Source: Candidatus Parcubacteria bacterium (GTDB taxonomy: Bacteria; Patescibacteriota; Minisyncoccia; Phycocordibacterales; UBA918). From it: a stretch of 19,739 nt of DNA. This document shows, piece by piece, positions 14,379 to 19,739 of the stretch; the stretch's first letter is position 1; each line of letters begins with the position of its first letter. The DNA is taken from NCBI GenBank assembly GCA_046050355.1, contig JBJOPW010000016.1, positions 1 to 19,739 on the forward strand, in the 5' to 3' direction. The notes under the pieces were generated by a model. That model was not told where the DNA came from. It did no database searches and saw only the letters and a program-made list of their open reading frames with translations. A program made the translations under genes and the position numbers.

Positions 14379-15596
14379 ATGCGTGTATTAACCTTTGGCT
14401 GGGATTTCCCCCCGATGAAAAACGGCGGCCTCGGTGTTGCCTGTTTTGGGCTCACGCGTGAGTTAGTGGGGCAAGGGGTAGAGATCGTTTTTGTACTGCC
14501 TAAAAAGCAGGCAACCATTGGCGATCCAACGTTTATCTTTGCCGACGAGGCCCATAAGATTACGGTGCGACCGGTTGAATCATCACTCCTGCCGTATCAG
14601 TCAACTGATACCTATATAGAGAGTATCGAATATGACAAAGTCACTGGTGCACCTATACACCGACGACGTACAATCCTTGAAGAGATTCATCGGTTTGCTC
14701 ATCAGGCTTCGCTCATTGCTAAAGAAGAGCAGTTTGATCTCATTCATGCTCATGATTGGACGTCGTACCTCGCTGGGGTGGCCGCCAAACGTGCCTCGGG
14801 GAAACCTTTGATGCTCCATGTGCACGCCACCTCCTTTGATCAGGCAGCGAGTGTACACGTTGATCCGGCCATGTACCAGGTTGAGTGTGAAGGCTTTGCG
14901 GCAGCGGACATTATCGTCGCAGTGAGTGAGTTCACGAAGCGGATACTTATCGAGAGACATGGTGTTGATGCTCGGAAGATTGCTGTGGTGCACAATGGCT
15001 GTGATACGACGACACCCGCAACACTTACCCCGATGCTTGCTGATCTGAAAGCTCAAGGTAAAAAGATTGTCCTCTATCATGGACGCATTACGATTCAAAA
15101 AGGGGTCGATTATTTTGTGAGAGCGGCTAGGCGGGTCGTTGATGTTGATCCGAATGTCGTCTTTGTTATTTCGGGGTGGGGCGATATGACTACCCAGATT
15201 ATTGAACAGGTAGGACGCGAGCGTCTCTCCGGCCATGTGATATTTGCAGGAGCCTTGTGGGATGAAGAGCGTGACCGGATGTATCAAGCGGCTGATCTTG
15301 TCGTGATGCCATCGGTGTCTGAACCGTTTGGTCTCGTTCCGCTTGAAGCGCTGCAACATGGTACGCCATCAGTGATTTCAAAACAGTCAGGGGTGGCTGA
15401 GGTCCTCTTGCACGCCCTTAAGGTTGATTTTTGGGATGTCGATGAGATGGCTAATCAAATACTGGCCGCACTTCGCTATGATGTCTTGCGTCAACAACTC
15501 ACTAATCATGGCCGTGGCGAATTACAAAAATTATCGTGGCGGGAAGCGGCAATAAAAGTAGCGAAGCTGTATCAGCGTCTGGTACACTATGTATAG
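14379..15596 (+). CDS. GT4 retaining glycosyltransferase (glycogen/alpha-glucan synthase-like)
   Basis: MRVLTFGWDFPP..NGGLG, DLIHAHDW, GRITIQKG, PSVSEPFGLVPLEA (E-x7-E motif). Confidence 0.92.
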   Translation: MRVLTFGWDFPPMKNGGLGVACFGLTRELVGQGVEIVFVLPKKQATIGDPTFIFADEAHKITVRPVESSLLPYQSTDTYIESIEYDKVTGAPIHRRRTILEEIHRFAHQASLIAKEEQFDLIHAHDWTSYLAGVAAKRASGKPLMLHVHATSFDQAASVHVDPAMYQVECEGFAAADIIVAVSEFTKRILIERHGVDARKIAVVHNGCDTTTPATLTPMLADLKAQGKKIVLYHGRITIQKGVDYFVRAARRVVDVDPNVVFVISGWGDMTTQIIEQVGRERLSGHVIFAGALWDEERDRMYQAADLVVMPSVSEPFGLVPLEALQHGTPSVISKQSGVAEVLLHALKVDFWDVDEMANQILAALRYDVLRQQLTNHGRGELQKLSWREAAIKVAKLYQRLVHYV

Positions 15597-15597
15597 T

Positions 15598-16953
15598 ATG
15601 TTGTCTGTCTGTCCTTATTTTCATGTTCATCAACCGTATCGTGTTAAGCGCTACCGAGTTTTTGATATAGGCCAAGATACTGAGTATTTCAATGACGATA
15701 GTCAGAGCGATCTCAATAATCGTCGCATCATAGAAAAAGTGGCGGACAAGTCCTATCGCCCTACTAACCGGATTTTAAAAGAACTACTCGACACTCATCC
15801 CGAATTTCGCTTCGCATTGTCATTTTCTGGTACTGCCCTTGATCAATTTGAAGCCTTTGCTCCTGATGTACTTGAATCATTTCAGGAATTAGTCGATACC
15901 GGACGAGTGGAAATCCTCGCCGACACTTACTATCACTCACTAGCCTTCTTTTATTCGCTTCCTGAGTTTGAACGGCAGGTAGCCTACCATGGTCGTCGGA
16001 TCAAAGAGCTCTTTGGGGTGACCCCGCGCGTCTTTCGTAATACCGAAATGTCCTACCGCAACGACCTCGCAAAGTGGTGTGAAGACCATGGCTACCTCGG
16101 CATCTTAGCCGAAGGTTGGGACAAGTACCTCGGGTGGCGCAGTCCTAACTATGTCTATCGGCCAACTGGTACTGAAAAAATTAAAGTTCTCTTGAAGAAC
16201 TACAAACTCTCTGATGATGTCGCATTTCGCTTTGGTAATCGTGAGTGGGCCAGTTGGCCGCTCACAGCCGAGACGTATGCCAATTGGATTCATAGTCACC
16301 ATGGCGACGGGCAGACCATTAATCTCTTTATGGACTACGAAACCTTTGGTGAGCACCAGTGGGAAGACACGGGTATTTTTGATTTCTTACGCGTCTTGCC
16401 AGAGACACTAATGCGTCACCCTGATACCTCATTTAAGACACCAACCGAGACGGTCCTCGCGTACGATGCGATGGGAGAATACGATGTGCCCGATATTCTC
16501 ACCTGGGCTGATACTGACCGAGACCTGACTGCCTGGACTGGGAACGATATTCAACAAGATGCCCTCAAAAAAACCTACGAAATCGAAGCTGCCGTACTCG
16601 CGAGTAATGACGCAGACCTCATCGAACGGTGGCGAAAGCTCCAAACCTCCGACCACTTCTACTATATGTGTACGAAGTGGTCGAACGATGGAGATGTCCA
16701 TGCCTACTTCAGTCCATACCAATCACCATATGACGCTTACATCTCTTTTATGAATGCTCTTTCTGACCTCAAGCTACGAGTAGATCAGAAGCAGCCGTTA
16801 CCAGAACCAGTGCCGGTGGCGACTGAGGTTGTTGAGCTTGATATAACCTTAGGGATGCTTATGAAAGCATCTTGGCGACATATTGTGACAGCATCTGCTC
16901 CGGCTGGGTGGTGGAGACGGATGAAAAAAGCTTTTTATAAATTAGTAACCTAA
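15598..16953 (+). CDS. Glycoside hydrolase family 57 (alpha-amylase-like)
   Basis: HVHQPY, TYYHSL, FRNTEM (nucleophile Glu), MDYETFGEHQW (acid/base Asp), LQTSDHFYYM. ATG 15589 is an alternative start. Confidence 0.93.
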   Translation: MLSVCPYFHVHQPYRVKRYRVFDIGQDTEYFNDDSQSDLNNRRIIEKVADKSYRPTNRILKELLDTHPEFRFALSFSGTALDQFEAFAPDVLESFQELVDTGRVEILADTYYHSLAFFYSLPEFERQVAYHGRRIKELFGVTPRVFRNTEMSYRNDLAKWCEDHGYLGILAEGWDKYLGWRSPNYVYRPTGTEKIKVLLKNYKLSDDVAFRFGNREWASWPLTAETYANWIHSHHGDGQTINLFMDYETFGEHQWEDTGIFDFLRVLPETLMRHPDTSFKTPTETVLAYDAMGEYDVPDILTWADTDRDLTAWTGNDIQQDALKKTYEIEAAVLASNDADLIERWRKLQTSDHFYYMCTKWSNDGDVHAYFSPYQSPYDAYISFMNALSDLKLRVDQKQPLPEPVPVATEVVELDITLGMLMKASWRHIVTASAPAGWWRRMKKAFYKLVT

Positions 16954-16958
16954 TCATT

Positions 16959-17288
16959 ATGCCAACCAAAACCAAATCAACAGCTGCTACCAAAAAAGTA
17001 GCTACTAAGCCAAAAGCCAAGACCATGCCTGTGATGGACGTTCCTTCAGAAGTCGCTTTTTGGACCATTGACGGTGCAGTGTTTCACTCGCTGGCGGAGT
17101 TGGCTGATGGGCTTTTAGTGATGGCGCCGCGGGTGTATCGGTACCATGCCGACAAAGATCATCAGGACTTTGCCAATTGGGTAGGGAGTATATTTCATGA
17201 TAAACCACTAGCAGCCCTCCTCAAAAAAGCCACCACCACCAAAGCGGCGGAGAAGGTTATCCGCACTCACCTCAAAGCAAGTAAGTAA
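16959..17288 (+). CDS. Small conserved glucan-operon protein (DUF5752-like) with Lys/Thr/Ala-rich N-terminal tail
   Basis: AFWTIDG...SLAEL..GL..M....YRYH......DFANWV; tightly packed between GH57 and GH15. Family name is from recall. Confidence 0.65.
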   Translation: MPTKTKSTAATKKVATKPKAKTMPVMDVPSEVAFWTIDGAVFHSLAELADGLLVMAPRVYRYHADKDHQDFANWVGSIFHDKPLAALLKKATTTKAAEKVIRTHLKASK

Positions 17289-17292
17289 CACT

Positions 17293-19275
17293 ATGGCTCG
17301 TGCAATCACGCTCGGAAATGGCAATATGCTCGTTGGTCTCGATTATCGTGGCCAAGTGCGTGATTTGTATTACCCGTATGTGGGACAAACGAACCATGTG
17401 AGTGGCGCGAGTGGCAGCTTCGTGCACCGGATTGGCGTCTGGGTCGATGGTGAGACCACCTGGCTGGATGATAGCGAATGGGCGGTCACGATTGGGACAG
17501 ATAGCGATAGTGTCATTGGGCATGTCACTGCGGTGAATGAAAAGCGGGGCGTGACCCTCATGACGCGGGACGCGGTACACAACGAACACGATGTTTTTTT
17601 GCGGCACATGATTGTGCACAACGACCGTGAGGAAGAACGGGAAATAAAAGTATTTTTTGCACAGCAATTTCGAATTGCCGAATCTCGCCGTGGTGACACC
17701 GCGCTCTTTGACCCGCGAGTGAGTGCTATCGTGCACTACAAAGGCAAAGACACCTTCCTTATTAATGCTATGATCAATGACGTGCAGTTCACCGAATACA
17801 ACATCGGTCTGTTTGGGATTGAAGGCAAAGAGGGGACATGGCACGATGCGTTTGATGGTTCGCTTGAGATGAATCCAATTGAGCATGGCTCAGTCGATTC
17901 GGTTCTCGCACTTTCGCATACCTATGCCGCTGACGAGAGTGCCGATGTCTTTTACTGGGTAGTGTGCGCAGACTCAATACCAAAAGCCCATACCCTTGAT
18001 GAGCTCGTCATCGATGAGACGCCGCTACGGCTCATTGTCTCAACTGATGCCTACTGGAAGGCGTGGCTCGAGAAAGACAATCGCGATATGAGTGCGCTAC
18101 CAGCCGATTTGGTGAAGCTTTACCGGCAATCGCTCGCAACCATTCGCGTCCATACCGACAATCGTGGTGGCATCATTGCTTCTTCTGATACTGATATGTT
18201 GCACCATGGACGAGACACGTATAGCTATGTCTGGCCCCGCGATGGCGCCATGATTGCCCGCGTGCTCGATAAGGTGGGGTACCAAGATGTCGCGGAGCGG
18301 TTCTTTGAGTTTGCATCGCGATGCCAAGAGCCGGGCGGCTATCTCATGCACAAGTACCTCACCGATGGATCACTTGGTAGTTCTTGGCATCCCTGGCTCC
18401 AGCACGGGAAGCCGTACCTTCCAATTCAGGAAGACGAAACCGCGTCGATACTATTTGCACTCTGGGAGCACTACGAGGTGAGTCACGATCTGGAGTTTAT
18501 CGAAACTCACTACAACAGCTTTATCGAACCGGCCGCCAAGTTCCTTGCCGACTACATCGAGGCTACCACTGGACTGCCACAGGCATCATTTGACCTTTGG
18601 GAAGAGAAGTATGGCACGTCGACCTATACCGCTGCCTCAGTCTACGGTGGGCTTATGGCGGCCACCCGTTTTGCCGGTCTCCTCGGCAAAGACAACGATG
18701 CCCGTACCTACCAAGCGATAGCACAGCGCCTTGGCCAGTCCATCATGACCCATCTCTACAAACCGGAATTGAAGATGTTTGTGAAGCAGGTGACGCATAC
18801 CGAAGATGGACTCACCTACGACGACACGCTTGATGTCTCGAGTTTTTACGGGGTAGTGCTCTTCGGAGTGCTGCCGGTTGATGATGAACGTATAAAAACA
18901 TCTCTCAAAACAATTGAAGCAAAACTCGCGGTAAATGCCGAAAGTCATGGTTTTGTCCGCTACGAGCGCGACACCTACTACACGATGCAAGAAGCGGGGA
19001 GTCCAAACCCCTGGGTGATTACCACCCTCTGGGTCGCGCAATATTACATCGCGACAGCGACCAAAGCCGCCGACCTCAAGACTGCACTTGGAATACTCGA
19101 GTGGACGGCTTCACACGCTGGTGCTGGTGGTACTTTGGCTGAACAGATGCATCCACATACGCGTGAACACAAATCAGCCGCCCCTCTCATCTGGAGTCAT
19201 GCTGAATTTGTACTAGCGGTCGATGCCTACCTCAAGAAGCTTGAATCGTTCAAAACCAAAACTGCCAAAAAATAA
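17293..19275 (+). CDS. Glycoside hydrolase family 15 (glucoamylase-like)
   Basis: GGIIAS, YSYVWPRDG, IQEDETA, FDLWEE (acid), RYERDTY, LAEQ...APLIWSHA (base); N-terminal beta domain LGNGNMLVGLD. Confidence 0.93.
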   Translation: MARAITLGNGNMLVGLDYRGQVRDLYYPYVGQTNHVSGASGSFVHRIGVWVDGETTWLDDSEWAVTIGTDSDSVIGHVTAVNEKRGVTLMTRDAVHNEHDVFLRHMIVHNDREEEREIKVFFAQQFRIAESRRGDTALFDPRVSAIVHYKGKDTFLINAMINDVQFTEYNIGLFGIEGKEGTWHDAFDGSLEMNPIEHGSVDSVLALSHTYAADESADVFYWVVCADSIPKAHTLDELVIDETPLRLIVSTDAYWKAWLEKDNRDMSALPADLVKLYRQSLATIRVHTDNRGGIIASSDTDMLHHGRDTYSYVWPRDGAMIARVLDKVGYQDVAERFFEFASRCQEPGGYLMHKYLTDGSLGSSWHPWLQHGKPYLPIQEDETASILFALWEHYEVSHDLEFIETHYNSFIEPAAKFLADYIEATTGLPQASFDLWEEKYGTSTYTAASVYGGLMAATRFAGLLGKDNDARTYQAIAQRLGQSIMTHLYKPELKMFVKQVTHTEDGLTYDDTLDVSSFYGVVLFGVLPVDDERIKTSLKTIEAKLAVNAESHGFVRYERDTYYTMQEAGSPNPWVITTLWVAQYYIATATKAADLKTALGILEWTASHAGAGGTLAEQMHPHTREHKSAAPLIWSHAEFVLAVDAYLKKLESFKTKTAKK

Positions 19276-19307
19276 ATCTTTTTCAATCGAACTCAAAACG
19301 CAATACT

Positions 19308-19739
19308 TCATTTAAATGAAGTATTGCGTTTTGTTTTTATTACGAAATTACGTGGTGGCATGATACCACCTACTGTCAAAATCGAGTCTATAATAGTAAG
19401 AAGGTCCAAGAAGTTTCTTTTATTTTTCGATAGTGGTGCAACAATATTTTTGAACTCATTATTCTTGTATCGTTTTGCCAGTTTAGCTACCGTTGCCTCG
19501 CTTACTTTGAGAGAGTTTGCGATTGCATACCCAGAACGTTTTTGGTGGAGCATCAATATGATAGCCAATCTTTTTGCAAATATTTCTTTCTCTTCATATC
19601 CAAAAAGCTCATTATAAGGCCTCAATTTGGGCGGGTGATTTCCCTCGTCTTCAGACGATAACTTCAGTATAATTCTCGTAATGACCGAAGAATATCGCCG
19701 AGCATCACACACGATGTTCTCTATTAATTTGCATATTTG
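19308..19739 (-). pseudogene. TrpR/YerC-like HTH protein, probably 5'-disrupted; frame open to window edge
   Basis: ELFGYEEKEIFAKRLAIILML...SGYAIANSLKVSEATVAK matches the TrpR-like pattern (E...akRL...mL....y..I...L.vS.aTv). Sequence upstream of ~19617 does not look like a TrpR-like N-terminus. Visibly AT-rich. Confidence 0.55.

Noticed and set aside
14601-15359. 252-aa minus-strand ORF, and similar antisense ORFs over hisS, uppP, aldolase and GH15
   Set aside because: Fully overlap well-supported genes on the opposite strand; no motifs or start signals.
1-19739. Alternative genetic code 25 (TGA=Gly) as in Gracilibacteria/Absconditabacteria
   Set aside because: All long conserved genes are intact under code 11, and TGA ends ORFs at sensible positions (e.g. 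10850-10852, just before a terminator).

Overview
Bacterial chromosomal segment (genetic code 11). Gene content and style point to a Patescibacteria/CPR (Parcubacteria-like) genome, which is an inference. Left to right: 3' end of a probable IS200/IS605 tnpA with terminal hairpins; a two-repeat lycopene-cyclase-like membrane protein; a UvrD/PcrA helicase fused to a RecB-type nuclease; dsbA-like; uppP; a small orphan; an RNase H-like (YprB-type) exonuclease; hisS; a bPH-domain protein; a small membrane protein; prmC; an orphan carrying an RNA-polymerase alpha-CTD-like domain; an ABC-2 exporter pair; class I fructose-bisphosphate aldolase; rpmG; a GT4-GH57-small protein-GH15 alpha-glucan operon; and a 5'-disrupted TrpR/YerC-like gene. 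The most striking unexplained signal is non-coding. Three diverged ~125-bp structured elements (986-1116, 5865-5989, 12585-12711) share loop motifs, have covarying stems and the same orientation, and each starts in the stop codon of the upstream gene. Also notable: a perfect 40-bp palindrome translated inside prmC, a MITE-like element above the hisS promoter, a hairpin cluster after rpmG, and widespread leaderless or short-leader promoter architecture. All calls are by eye; no database searches or folding programs were run.
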